This document shows positions 24,873 to 34,856 of a stretch of DNA of 64,000 nucleotides, piece after piece. The notes under the pieces were generated by a model, which was not told the origin of the DNA, ran no database searches, and was given only the letters and a program-made list of their open reading frames with translations. The stretch comes from an uncultured Azospirillum sp. (GTDB lineage: Bacteria; Pseudomonadota; Alphaproteobacteria; RF32; CAG-239). The stretch lies in the NCBI GenBank assembly GCA_902489795.1, contig CABUBU010000002.1, positions 13,207 through 77,206 on the forward strand. Direction: 5' to 3'. The stretch's first letter is position 1. Each line of letters starts with the position of its first letter. Both the position numbers and the translations under genes were made by a program.

Positions 24873-25031
24873 ATGAAAAAGATTGCAATGACGATTTGTC
24901 TGTTGGCGCTTTGCGGATGCGTGGCCGGCGAATTTGCCCCCAACCGCAACCGTCTGCATGAAATGAACAGCGACAGGGAAATCTGCGAAAAACAGCCCGA
25001 GCGTTGCATCAGCGGCGTTTCCGTCAGATAG
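24873..25031 (+). CDS. small lipoprotein (52 aa), below the ORF-track cutoff
   Basis: Own translation: MKKIAMTICLLALCGCVAGEFAPNRNRLHEMNSDREICEKQPERCISGVSVR. Lipobox LCGC; AAGGA RBS upstream. Confidence 0.55.
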   Translation: MKKIAMTICLLALCGCVAGEFAPNRNRLHEMNSDREICEKQPERCISGVSVR

Positions 25032-25050
25032 TTTTTGACAAGGAGAGCAA

Positions 25051-28000
25051 ATGGAACCGCAGTTTATTCATCTCCGGGTGCACTCGGCCTATTCGCTGCT
25101 TGAGGGAGCAATGAAGATTCCGGCTTTGATGAGCCGGGCTGCGGCGCTGGGCTTTCCCGCCATGGCGGTGACCGATACTGCCAACATGTTCGGTGCCAAA
25201 GCCTTTTCCGACTATGCGCCGAAAAACGGCATCAAGCCGATTTTGGGCACCCAGATGTATATCCGCAACAGTGATGCCGACGATGTGCTGAAGTCCAAAG
25301 GGCGAACGGTGGAGCCGGACAAGATCGTGCTGCTGGTCAAAAACGCCGAAGGCTACGCCAATGTTACCAAACTGATGAAAATTGCCTATCTCGGCGAAAA
25401 GAACTTTGCCGAAAAGCCGCAGATCCGTCTTTCCGACCTTAAAACCCACGGCGCCGGGCTGATTGCGCTGACGGCCGGAGTGGACGGCACCGTCGGTCGC
25501 CTGCTGCTGGAAAACCGGGCGGCAGAGGCCGAAGCTTTTCTGTTGGAGTTGAAAGAGATATTCGGCGACCGACTGTATATGGAAATTTCGCGTATCGGCC
25601 TTGAAAAGGAAGCCAAAACCGAAAACAATTTTATTGATCTGGCCTACAAGCATGACATTCCGCTGGTGGCGACCAACGAGGCCTTTTTCTTTGACGCCGA
25701 CATGTACGAGGCGCATGATGCCTTGGTGTGCATCGCCAAAGGCGAATACGTAGCCAATGACAACCGGGAAAAATATTCGCCCAACCAGCGCCTGAAAACC
25801 GCGGCCGAAATGGTGGCGCTGTTTGCCGACCTGCCGGAAGCGGTGGCCAACACCATTAACATTGCCAAGCGCTGCAACTACGTTTTGCAGTACGTTGATC
25901 CGCTGCTGCCGATTTTTGAATGTCCCGAAGGCAAGACGCAAAACGAATACCTGCGCGAAGAAGCTTACAAGGGGCTGGGGCACAAGATGGAAACCCAGGT
26001 CTATTTTGAGGGCATGACGGAGGAAGAGAAAAAAGAGCTGGACGAACGTTATTATGCCCGTCTTGAATATGAACTGAGCGTTATTGAAAAAATGGGGTTC
26101 GCCGGTTACTTTCTGATCGTTTCGGATTTTATCCGCTGGTCAAAGACACACGGCGTTCCGGTCGGGCCGGGGCGCGGTTCCGGTGCCGGTTCGATGGTAG
26201 CCTGGTCGATCCAGGTGACCGAACTTGATCCTCTGAAGCTTGACCTGCTGTTTGAACGTTTCTTAAATCCGGAACGTATCAACATGCCGGACTTTGACGT
26301 CGACTTCTGTCAGGAAAACCGCTACAAAACGATTGAATATGTGCAAAACAAATACGGTTTTGACCATGTGGCGCAGATTATTACGTACGGAAAACTGCAA
26401 TCCAAGGCGGTGATCCGCGACGTTGCCCGCGTTTTGCAGATGCCGTATTCGCAGGCCGACCGGATCAGCAAAATGATTCCGCCGCCGGTGCAGGGCGTGC
26501 AGCCGAGCCTGAAAGAGTCGCTGGAACAAGTGCCCGAACTGGAGGAAATGCGCCAAAACGATCCGCAGATCAACAAACTGTTCGACATTGCGATGAAATT
26601 GGAAGGTCTCTACCGCCACACCGGCGTACATGCTGCCGGCGTCGTGATCGGCGACCGTCCGCTTGACCAGCTGGTGCCGCTCTACAAGGATCCGAAAGCC
26701 GACATGCCGGTCACCCAGTATGACATGAAGTACATCGAGTCGACAGGCTTGATCAAGTTCGACTTTCTGGGCTTAAAAACCCTGACCACGATCAAAAGAG
26801 CTGTAGATTGGGTGAAAATCGATCGTGGGATCGAACTTGACATGAGCACGGTGCCGCTTGACGACAAGGAAACCTATGCGCTTTTGCAAAGAGGCGATAC
26901 CGCCGGCGTGTTCCAGTTTGAATCGGCGGGGATGAAGGACGTGCACAAGCAGATCAAACCCGACCGCTTTGAAGACCTGATCGCTATCGTGTCGCTTTAC
27001 CGGCCGGGGCCGATGGATAACATTCCGAGCTACATCAAACGCAAGCACGGCGAGGAGGAAATTACCTATCTGCATCCCAAGCTGGAGCCGATCTTAAAAA
27101 GTACCTACGGCATCATGATATATCAGGAACAGGTTATGAAGATTGCCCAGGAACTGGCCGGCTATACCTTGGGCGGCGCGGACAAGCTGCGTAAGGCGAT
27201 GGGTAAGAAAATCAAAGAGGAAATGGTCAAACACCGCAGCATCTTCGTCGACGGTGCGGTTGAACGGGGAATTGAACGCGATACCGCGACCAGCATTTTC
27301 GACCAGATGGAAAAGTTTGCTTCCTACGGTTTCAACAAGTCCCACGCCGCGGCCTATTCGCTGATTTCCTACCAGACGGCTTACCTCAAGGCGCATTACC
27401 CGGTCGAATTTATGTGCGCGACCATGAGCCTTGACATTACCAACACCGACAAGCTGCAGTTTTTCAAGGACGAATGCCGCAAGATGGGGATAGCGGTGCT
27501 GCCGCCGGATATTAATAAATCCGGTTACGACTTTACGGTAGAAGACAGCAAGATCCGTTACGCGCTGACGGCGGTCAAGGGCGTCGGCGAAGCCAACATG
27601 AAGGCGCTGGTTGCTGAACGCGAAGCGCGCGGTCCTTTTAAGGACATTTCCGACTTTGTGCACCGGATCGACATCAGACAAACCAACCGCAAACAGCTGG
27701 AACAGCTGATCAAGTCCGGTGCGTTCGACTGTCTGGATAAAAACCGCGGCCGTCTGTTTGCCAACATCGACAACATCATCCAGCACATCAGTTCTTCTTC
27801 CGAGTTGAAAACCAGCAGCCAGTCTTCGCTTTTCGGCAACGAAGAGATGCAGGCCAAAATCAAGCTCAAGGACGAACCCGACTGGGTCGAGCTGGAAAAG
27901 CTGAAGCTTGAGGCCGAAGCGGTCGGCTTTTATCTTTCCGCCCACCCGCTGGACAGTTACCGCGATGGCGTGGAAAAGCTGGGGGTCAAAAACTGCAGCG

Positions 28001-28521
28001 AAGTGTTCCGCAACATCCAGCTGGGCGATATGATCCGAGCCAAATTGGCCGGCTGTGTTAACAGCTTTAAGAAAAAAATTTCCCAAAAGGGCAACCGTTT
28101 CGCCTTTTTAGAACTCTCCGACGCGTCGGGCGCTTTTGAAGGCATTTTGTTTTCGGAAACCCTGCAGCGCAGCGAAGAAATGATCAACTCCGGGCTGCCG
28201 CTTCTGGCCAGCGTAACGATTGAAAAACAAACCGAAGACAGCAATCCGCGGGTTATGATCAGCAATATCGAAACTTTGGACAAGGCGATTGCGGACGTGG
28301 CCAGCGCCATTGTTATCAGCATCAATAACATGGCGGCTGTTCGTCCGGTAAAAGAAGTTTTGAACCGGGATAAAAAAGGCCCGAACAAAATATATATTAA
28401 ACCTGATAACGACGAATGGGACATCACGATTGAACTGCCGGGAGGATATGCCTTTACCAGCGGCAACATCATCTCGCAGCTGAAATCGATACCCGGCGTT
28501 TCGGCAGTAAAGGAAATGTGA
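25051..28521 (+). CDS. dnaE: DNA polymerase III subunit alpha
   Basis: 1156-aa ORF with an N-terminal PHP domain (FIHLRVHSAYSLLEGA), a polymerase core (GPGRGSGAGS, PDFDVDF), and an OB-fold C-terminus. Confidence 0.97.
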   Translation: MEPQFIHLRVHSAYSLLEGAMKIPALMSRAAALGFPAMAVTDTANMFGAKAFSDYAPKNGIKPILGTQMYIRNSDADDVLKSKGRTVEPDKIVLLVKNAEGYANVTKLMKIAYLGEKNFAEKPQIRLSDLKTHGAGLIALTAGVDGTVGRLLLENRAAEAEAFLLELKEIFGDRLYMEISRIGLEKEAKTENNFIDLAYKHDIPLVATNEAFFFDADMYEAHDALVCIAKGEYVANDNREKYSPNQRLKTAAEMVALFADLPEAVANTINIAKRCNYVLQYVDPLLPIFECPEGKTQNEYLREEAYKGLGHKMETQVYFEGMTEEEKKELDERYYARLEYELSVIEKMGFAGYFLIVSDFIRWSKTHGVPVGPGRGSGAGSMVAWSIQVTELDPLKLDLLFERFLNPERINMPDFDVDFCQENRYKTIEYVQNKYGFDHVAQIITYGKLQSKAVIRDVARVLQMPYSQADRISKMIPPPVQGVQPSLKESLEQVPELEEMRQNDPQINKLFDIAMKLEGLYRHTGVHAAGVVIGDRPLDQLVPLYKDPKADMPVTQYDMKYIESTGLIKFDFLGLKTLTTIKRAVDWVKIDRGIELDMSTVPLDDKETYALLQRGDTAGVFQFESAGMKDVHKQIKPDRFEDLIAIVSLYRPGPMDNIPSYIKRKHGEEEITYLHPKLEPILKSTYGIMIYQEQVMKIAQELAGYTLGGADKLRKAMGKKIKEEMVKHRSIFVDGAVERGIERDTATSIFDQMEKFASYGFNKSHAAAYSLISYQTAYLKAHYPVEFMCATMSLDITNTDKLQFFKDECRKMGIAVLPPDINKSGYDFTVEDSKIRYALTAVKGVGEANMKALVAEREARGPFKDISDFVHRIDIRQTNRKQLEQLIKSGAFDCLDKNRGRLFANIDNIIQHISSSSELKTSSQSSLFGNEEMQAKIKLKDEPDWVELEKLKLEAEAVGFYLSAHPLDSYRDGVEKLGVKNCSEVFRNIQLGDMIRAKLAGCVNSFKKKISQKGNRFAFLELSDASGAFEGILFSETLQRSEEMINSGLPLLASVTIEKQTEDSNPRVMISNIETLDKAIADVASAIVISINNMAAVRPVKEVLNRDKKGPNKIYIKPDNDEWDITIELPGGYAFTSGNIISQLKSIPGVSAVKEM

Positions 28522-28522
28522 T

Positions 28523-29431
28523 ATGATGAAGAAAATAGGCGGCGAGGTTCTCGCAAAACTGAAAAGCATCGGCAATGTCGAATTTTTGGACGACCGTTCC
28601 GTAAATCCGGTCAGCCTTCCTTTCTGGGAGCTGAGTTTTCTGCCGATCGGCATCCTTTTGTACCGTTTCAGGCGTTTTTTGTTTTTGAGTTTCGCTTACG
28701 GGCTGCTGATCACCGTTTTGGCTTTTGCCACGCAGCTGAGCTATGTCTGCGGTCTGTCCGAATGGAACGAAAACCCGTATTTCGGCTGTACGTCGTCGCC
28801 GGCCGTTTACGTCACGTTTTTCCTGCTCCGGCTGCTGATTGTCGCCGTTTTCCTTAAAACCTGGTACAAGACCGCGGTTTGCGGCGAAGCCCTGGATATG
28901 CGGGAAATGTTTGTTATTTCCGCCCGGGATTGGAAGCTGTTCGGCGGCATCCTGATTGCCGTCGGCTGTTTCTGTCTGCCGCTTGTTTCGACCTATATTC
29001 TGGCCGTCCGCGTTCCCAACCCGGACTGGCTGATTGAAAGCCTGTTTTTTGCCGTTGTGTCGTCGGGTTTCTGGCTGCCGTTCCTGGCCTTGCGGTTTCT
29101 TTCGGTCTTTGCATTTGTGCTGGGCGGACAGAAACGTCCGCCGCTGAAACTGTTTTGGCAGCGTACCACTGGCAACGCGCTGAAAATCATTATGGCACTG
29201 ACGCTCATTATCGTGTTGAATGCTATCATTTTCCTTAATTACAATCTGTTGGCCGCTTTTGTTATCGGCCGTGTCTTTACGGTCGGTGTCGTGGTCTGCG
29301 ATCTGGTCTACAACATGCTGTTTTTGCTGATGAGTGCGTCTTTTGCCAGTATGGCCGTCGTCCAGCGGGAAGCGCTGTTCTCGTGGTATGCGGGAGAAAG
29401 GCAAAACGAAGGAGAAGCCAAAGGCGAATAA
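28523..29431 (+). CDS. polytopic membrane protein, hypothetical
   Basis: 302-aa ORF starting 2 nt after the dnaE stop, with at least 6 hydrophobic helices. Confidence 0.6.
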   Translation: MMKKIGGEVLAKLKSIGNVEFLDDRSVNPVSLPFWELSFLPIGILLYRFRRFLFLSFAYGLLITVLAFATQLSYVCGLSEWNENPYFGCTSSPAVYVTFFLLRLLIVAVFLKTWYKTAVCGEALDMREMFVISARDWKLFGGILIAVGCFCLPLVSTYILAVRVPNPDWLIESLFFAVVSSGFWLPFLALRFLSVFAFVLGGQKRPPLKLFWQRTTGNALKIIMALTLIIVLNAIIFLNYNLLAAFVIGRVFTVGVVVCDLVYNMLFLLMSASFASMAVVQREALFSWYAGERQNEGEAKGE

Positions 29432-29556
29432 ACGTCCGCCGTTATGTAAGCGGCATTGACCGTTTCAAACCTCGGCCACCCGGTTTGAAGGGCTTCACGG
29501 GTTTAACGGCCGGGCCGGGCGGTTTGTGTCTGACTGTTTGCGCAGACGGACAATTC

Positions 29557-29590
29557 AAAAAAATCCCCGGTTCAACCGGGGATTTTTTTT
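29557..29590. terminator. bidirectional intrinsic terminator between convergent genes
   Basis: Stem ATCCCCGG (29563-29570) / CCGGGGAT (29576-29583), flanked by A7 and T8 runs. Confidence 0.8.
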
Positions 29591-29628
29591 GGTGCTGGAC
29601 AACAAGGCGTCAGTGTTTGTTTGGGAAC

Positions 29629-31734
29629 TCAAAGCAGGTCTTTGACCATCGGCATCAGATCCAGCCGATAGTCGTCGGCAATTTCTGCGGTCTTCGGATA
29701 CCTGTCGCCGGCATCCAGCGCATAGATGTTGGCCTGCTGCTGTTTGAATTCCCGTCCGAGGATGATGGTCTGCGCGTTGGCTGACAGTTTCTGTCCGAAC
29801 AGGATGGCTTCTTTGATGTTGTTTTTGATCAGTCCGTTTCTTTTGGCAAACAGGCTGCTGTAAACGAAAACGCTCCAGATCATGGCGAGGATGAACAGGG
29901 TGGAAACGGCATGAATGTGCAAACTCATCATTAAGGCGGCAAGGGCGATCATGATGGCGGCAAAGATTTTGGCCGTAACGCCGATCCAGCGCCGTTTGAA
30001 GCTGATGCGCAGGATCCAGATGTAGAAAGCGGCCGTCAGCGTCGCCGACAGCAGAAGGCCCATGGTGGCGGCGGTGTTGACGTTGAGCCAGGCGATTGCC
30101 GCTTCCGACAGGAACAACATGGCGGCACTGAACAGAATGTAGCCCGAATTGAGTTTGAGCGAAAGCAGTTTGATCCGTTTGCCGGTGTCTTTTTCAATCA
30201 GCTTGCAGGCGCGTTTCATTTTAAGCGCGTTGGCGCGGTTGAAGGTGACCGCCGTTTCCTTTGGCCCGATCAGCTGGCGGAAGGCCTTTTTTTCAAGCGG
30301 GTTCAGGCGGCTCAGATTGTCGGTCTTTTTGATCAGCAGCAGAGATTCGTGATCGGCTTTCAGGTCGATGATGTTGCGGCGGAACAAATCGAGCAGGAAC
30401 GAACAGAAGGAAACCTTGTCGAAAGTCCCTTTTGCCAGCATCCTGAGCATGGCCGGGGTTTTTTGCAGGTCGGCTCTGACCGGGTTGGCGTCGGAATTGA
30501 TGAAGCGCCAGGAAACGAGATAGGCGGAAACGATTGCCAGCAGGCCGAGGAAAGAGAATATGATGTCGCCGTAATCTTCAATGAACCATTCAAATTTTTT
30601 GTTAAAATCGGGTTCGATGAAACCGGCTTTCGGGATCGAAATCAGAATATGCATGCCTTCGCCGGCAAACAGCGGCGTGGTGGCGGTGAAGCCGAGCGCG
30701 TTGGTGCGGCGGTCTTTGGTGATGGTGGAATAGCGGTCGGTCAGGTTTTTCGGCGGATAACCGATGAACATGGACTGGCCGAGCGGGTTGACGTCAACCG
30801 GCAGACGCACCGTTGCCACCGCCTGGGAAACCACCAGATTCCAGAAACTGCCGGTGACGTCCCAGTAAAATTCGTTGCGGTCTTTATAGTACCACAGTTT
30901 GCGGTCGAGCATATAGTCAAATTCATAGGTATAAATGCCCGGCTGCAGTTCAAACTGTTTTTGGGGCGTGATCAGGTAGCGGTCGCCGGCGTCTTTCAGC
31001 CGGTAGGGAACTTCGGTGCCGTTAATGCGTACGCCGTTAAGATAAGGAATGGTTGCGTTTTTAACCCCGTCGCGGGAAACGGAATATTTCGGCAGCGCTT
31101 TTGACAGACCATATTTCAGTTTTTGTCCGTTGGCCACCAGATTGACGGTTTCTATGATGTGAACGATGCCGTTGGGCATGATGTCGATTTTGCTGGTAAG
31201 ATAAGGAATGTGCTCTTTGGCCGGCACCAGAATGCTCTGTCCGGTCGGCAGGGTGACGCTGACGACGTCAATGCCGGTTTCCTTCTTCCATTGCCGTTGT
31301 GCCTGCTGCTGTTCCTGCTTTATTTGCTGCGGGATCAGGGCAGGAGTGTTGATCAGGTCGCGGGGCTGCTGTTTTTCCAGCAGGTTCAGGCGCTCCATGG
31401 CGCTGTCGTAAATTTTTTCAAAGGTGGATTTTTCCTGTTTTTGGCTGGCGATGAACGCGGCGTCGTCCATAACGTTCATGGTCGAGGCGGACTGGATGAG
31501 CGACATCGGCATTTTTTCCACTTTCTGTGCCCGTTCGCGGATAAAATTGCGGAACGCCTCAAAGCTGGCGGGAATGTTCCGGTTTTGCATCGCCGGTTTG
31601 ATCTGCATGCTTTTGTCGGCGTTATACTGCTGGAGGGCAATTTCGTCGCGCATTTGTTTGATGGCGGCGTTTGAGGGGTTGATCAGCACGGCGGAAAAAA
31701 CAATGAAACAAATTGCAAAAAAAAGTTTTTTCAT
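29629..31734 (-). CDS. DUF2207-family membrane protein
   Basis: 701-aa ORF with a signal peptide, an extracytoplasmic domain carrying YTYEFDYMLDRKLWYYKDRNEFYWDVTGSFWN...VRLP, and then several TM helices. Confidence 0.7.
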   Translation of the reverse strand: MKKLFFAICFIVFSAVLINPSNAAIKQMRDEIALQQYNADKSMQIKPAMQNRNIPASFEAFRNFIRERAQKVEKMPMSLIQSASTMNVMDDAAFIASQKQEKSTFEKIYDSAMERLNLLEKQQPRDLINTPALIPQQIKQEQQQAQRQWKKETGIDVVSVTLPTGQSILVPAKEHIPYLTSKIDIMPNGIVHIIETVNLVANGQKLKYGLSKALPKYSVSRDGVKNATIPYLNGVRINGTEVPYRLKDAGDRYLITPQKQFELQPGIYTYEFDYMLDRKLWYYKDRNEFYWDVTGSFWNLVVSQAVATVRLPVDVNPLGQSMFIGYPPKNLTDRYSTITKDRRTNALGFTATTPLFAGEGMHILISIPKAGFIEPDFNKKFEWFIEDYGDIIFSFLGLLAIVSAYLVSWRFINSDANPVRADLQKTPAMLRMLAKGTFDKVSFCSFLLDLFRRNIIDLKADHESLLLIKKTDNLSRLNPLEKKAFRQLIGPKETAVTFNRANALKMKRACKLIEKDTGKRIKLLSLKLNSGYILFSAAMLFLSEAAIAWLNVNTAATMGLLLSATLTAAFYIWILRISFKRRWIGVTAKIFAAIMIALAALMMSLHIHAVSTLFILAMIWSVFVYSSLFAKRNGLIKNNIKEAILFGQKLSANAQTIILGREFKQQQANIYALDAGDRYPKTAEIADDYRLDLMPMVKDLL

Positions 31735-31816
31735 AAAAAAACACCTTTGTTAACAAATAAAATATATTTGCTAATATAATATGCAGTTATTAAAAAAAGA
31801 TTAGAAAGGGAAAAAT

Positions 31817-32551
31817 ATGACTAGCTCGAAAATTGCTGCCGTTGTGCTCGGTGCCGGCAAAGGCACCCGGATGAAGTCGGATCTGCCGAAGGTGCTGATG
31901 CCGATCTGCGGCAAGCCGATGATTCGCAATATCCTTGATACGCTCGGCGGCATGGACGCCGACAAGATCGTGGTTGTGACCGCGCCCGACGGCGAACTGG
32001 TAAGAAAAGAGGTGGCGCCGCACCAAAGCGTCATCCAGAAACAGCAGCTCGGCACCGGCGATGCCGTGATGGCCGCGGCACCGGTGTTGGAAGGTTTTGA
32101 CGGCGACGTGCTGACGATTTTCGGCGATCACCCGATCATCACCAAAGAAACCTTTTTGAAAGCGGTGGCCAAACGCCGCGAGGGCTATGCGGTCGTGGTG
32201 CTCGGCTTCCGTCCAGAAGATGCCGCCCGTTACGGCCGGCTGGTCGTCAATAACGGCGAGCTGGAGAAAATCGTCGAGTTTAAAGACGCAAGCGACGAGG
32301 AAAAGGCGATCACGCTTTGCAATTCCGGCGTTATGTGCTTCGACGGCGGTCTGATGTTCGACATTTTGCGCGAGATAGGCAATGAAAACGCCGCGCACGA
32401 GTATTATCTTACAGATGCGGTGGCAATTGCCCGTGCCCGCGGACTTAAATGCGGCGTGGTCGAATGCCCGGCGGAAGAAGTCGCCGGCGCCAACACCCGC
32501 GAGGAACTGGCACTGCTTGAGCAATATCTGATGAAAAGAGAAGGAAAATAA
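31817..32551 (+). CDS. NTP-transferase domain protein (GlmU N-terminal-like, no acetyltransferase domain)
   Basis: 244-aa ORF with AAVVLGAGKGTRMKSDLPKVL, the nucleotidyltransferase signature. The ORF ends before any left-handed beta-helix hexapeptide region. Confidence 0.8.
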   Translation: MTSSKIAAVVLGAGKGTRMKSDLPKVLMPICGKPMIRNILDTLGGMDADKIVVVTAPDGELVRKEVAPHQSVIQKQQLGTGDAVMAAAPVLEGFDGDVLTIFGDHPIITKETFLKAVAKRREGYAVVVLGFRPEDAARYGRLVVNNGELEKIVEFKDASDEEKAITLCNSGVMCFDGGLMFDILREIGNENAAHEYYLTDAVAIARARGLKCGVVECPAEEVAGANTREELALLEQYLMKREGK

Positions 32552-32556
32552 AACTT

Positions 32557-33000
32557 ATGCGGTTTATCAAAGATCATTGGTTCGGCCTACTGGTGTCAGT
32601 CGTCGTTTTTTTCTTTTTGTGCGTGTTTGCCCTTGTGCTGGCGGCGCCGCATCAGGATGAACAAAAACGCGGCTTTGTGCCCTGTACTGAAACAATGGCA
32701 GAGGAACTTTACGATTGCAACGGCAAAAACATGTGCGTGCTGGGCAGTGTGGTCGATAACACGTTTTGCAATGTCAAAGTGATCGGAGCGGGGCTGAAGC
32801 TGTGGATGACGGGAAAGCAGCCGGCGCCGTGGTCAAATTATCTGTTTGAACCGGAAATAAAACGCCCCTCGGCGACCGACGATGTCGAACCGGAGGAAAG
32901 CTTTGAGGAATATTATCAAAATACGCCGGATATTGCCGCCGAGATGGACGAACTGCAAAAACTCAATCAACAATTGGAGAATGACGACAATGAACGATAA
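32557..33000 (+). CDS. membrane-anchored hypothetical protein
   Basis: 147-aa ORF with an N-terminal TM helix (WFGLLVSVVVFFFLCVFALVLAA) and an acidic C-terminus. It overlaps the pepF start by 11 nt. Confidence 0.5.
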   Translation: MRFIKDHWFGLLVSVVVFFFLCVFALVLAAPHQDEQKRGFVPCTETMAEELYDCNGKNMCVLGSVVDNTFCNVKVIGAGLKLWMTGKQPAPWSNYLFEPEIKRPSATDDVEPEESFEEYYQNTPDIAAEMDELQKLNQQLENDDNER

Positions 33001-34774
33001 AGCACTCCCGGCCTGGGATCTGAGCGATTTGTATGACGGCATTGAAGACGAAAAAATTGCCGCCGATTTGGAAAAGTACCGCGCTTTCTGCATTGATTTT
33101 GCCGGCCGCTACAAAGGGCGTCTGAGCGAGCTTGACGGCGCGGGGATTGCCGCCGCGCTGAAAGCCTATGAACAGAATTCCGAAATCGGCGGCCGCGTCG
33201 GCGGTTTTGCCTACCTCAACATGGTAACGCAGATGAAAAACCAGGCGGCGGTCGCTTTTTATCAGAATATCAGCGAAAAGCTGACCGATTACAGCAAGCC
33301 GCTGATTTTCCTCAGTCTGGAAATTAATCAGCTGCCGGCGGAGAAAATCGAAGACTGGCTGAAAAATCCCGAAGCCGCTTTTTATAAGCCCTGGCTGGAA
33401 CGCGTCCGCCGTTTTAAGCCGTACGAACTTTCGGAAGCGGTGGAAGAGGTGCTGCTCGAAAAGTCGATGACTTCTTCTTCGGCCTGGGTTCGCCTGTATG
33501 AAGAAACTTCTTCGAAACTGCAATATACGGTCGACGGCAAAACCTACAACGACGCGGAAGTTTCCAAACTGCTGCTGGACAAGAACGCGGAGATCCGCCG
33601 CAAGGCCGGCGCCGAGATCAACCGGGTGGCGGAAGAAAATGCCGACCTGTTTACTTTCATCTATAACATGGTGATCAAAGACAAGGCGATCGAAGACGAA
33701 AAACGCGGCTTTAGCCTGCCGATGTCCTCCCGCAATATGTCGGAAAACGTTTCCGACCAAATGGTGGAAACGCTGGCCGAAACGGTGCGTGCCAACTATA
33801 AGAACATTGCTCACCGTTTTTACCGGCTGAAGGCCAAATGGCTGGGCGTTGACAAAATTTCCTACTGGGACCGCAACGCGCCGCTGCCGTTTGCCAATGA
33901 TGCGGAATATGACTGGGCGGAAACGGTGTCGGTGGTGTTGGATGCCTACAAATCCTTTTCGCCGGAGCTTTACGAAATTGCCAAAGACTTCTTTGACAAC
34001 GCCTGGATCGACGTGCCGCCCCGCGACGGCAAGCGCAGCGGCGCCTTTTGCGCGCCGGTCAGCGCCGGAGCCCATCCTTACCTGTTGCTTAATTTTGCCG
34101 GCAAACGCAACGACGTGCTGACCCTGGCGCATGAGCTGGGACACGGCTGCCACCACCAGACCCGGGTCAAAAACGGCGAATTGAACGAATATTCGCGGAT
34201 GACGACCGAAGAGGTGGCTTCGGTGTTCGGCGAGATGATCACGTTTCAGTCGATGGTTGCCAAACTGCCGGACGGGCCGGAAAAACTGGCGCTGATTGCC
34301 TCCAAAGTCAGCGACATGATCAATACTGCCATCCGTCAGATCGCTTTCCATTTCTTTGAAAGCCGCGCCCATGCGGAACGGAAAAACGGCGAACTGAGCA
34401 AGGAGCGCCTGTGCGAAATCTGGCAGGAGGAAATGGCCGCCAGCTTGGGTGAGGCGGTCGAAGTCGGCGCAGACAGCCGCTTCATCTGGTCGCAGGTCGG
34501 GCATTTCTTTTTCCTGCCGTTTTACGTTTATGCCTATTCTTTCGCTGACTGTCTGGTTAATTCGCTTTATCAGGTCAGCCGCGAAGGGAAGGTTGAAAAC
34601 TTCCCGGCCAAATATCTGGAAATGCTTTCCAAAACCGCGATCACCGATTACGGCGAACTGCTGGTGCCTTTCGGCCTCAACCCGAATGATCCGGAATTTT
34701 GGAACGAAGGCTTAAGCCTGATTTCCGGTTACATCGACGAACTGGAACGTCTGGACGCAAAGCTGCAATTCTGA
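32990..34774 (+). CDS. pepF: oligoendopeptidase F (M3B family)
   Basis: Track ORF 32882..34774 trimmed to MNDKALPAWDLSDLY at 32990. Zinc motif HELGHGCH, and M3-like length and layout. Confidence 0.85.
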   Translation: MNDKALPAWDLSDLYDGIEDEKIAADLEKYRAFCIDFAGRYKGRLSELDGAGIAAALKAYEQNSEIGGRVGGFAYLNMVTQMKNQAAVAFYQNISEKLTDYSKPLIFLSLEINQLPAEKIEDWLKNPEAAFYKPWLERVRRFKPYELSEAVEEVLLEKSMTSSSAWVRLYEETSSKLQYTVDGKTYNDAEVSKLLLDKNAEIRRKAGAEINRVAEENADLFTFIYNMVIKDKAIEDEKRGFSLPMSSRNMSENVSDQMVETLAETVRANYKNIAHRFYRLKAKWLGVDKISYWDRNAPLPFANDAEYDWAETVSVVLDAYKSFSPELYEIAKDFFDNAWIDVPPRDGKRSGAFCAPVSAGAHPYLLLNFAGKRNDVLTLAHELGHGCHHQTRVKNGELNEYSRMTTEEVASVFGEMITFQSMVAKLPDGPEKLALIASKVSDMINTAIRQIAFHFFESRAHAERKNGELSKERLCEIWQEEMAASLGEAVEVGADSRFIWSQVGHFFFLPFYVYAYSFADCLVNSLYQVSREGKVENFPAKYLEMLSKTAITDYGELLVPFGLNPNDPEFWNEGLSLISGYIDELERLDAKLQF

Positions 34775-34793
34775 AATATTTGTTTTGAAAAAA

Positions 34794-34822
34794 TTGACAA
34801 AAAGCCGTAATCCTGATATTAT
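34794..34822 (+). promoter_or_regulatory. sigma70-like promoter of the 202-aa gene
   Basis: TTGACA (34794-34799), a 17-nt spacer, then TATTAT (34817-34822), with A-rich sequence upstream. Confidence 0.55.
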
Positions 34823-34856
34823 TTTTTTATAATAACAACTTAAGAGGAAATATATC

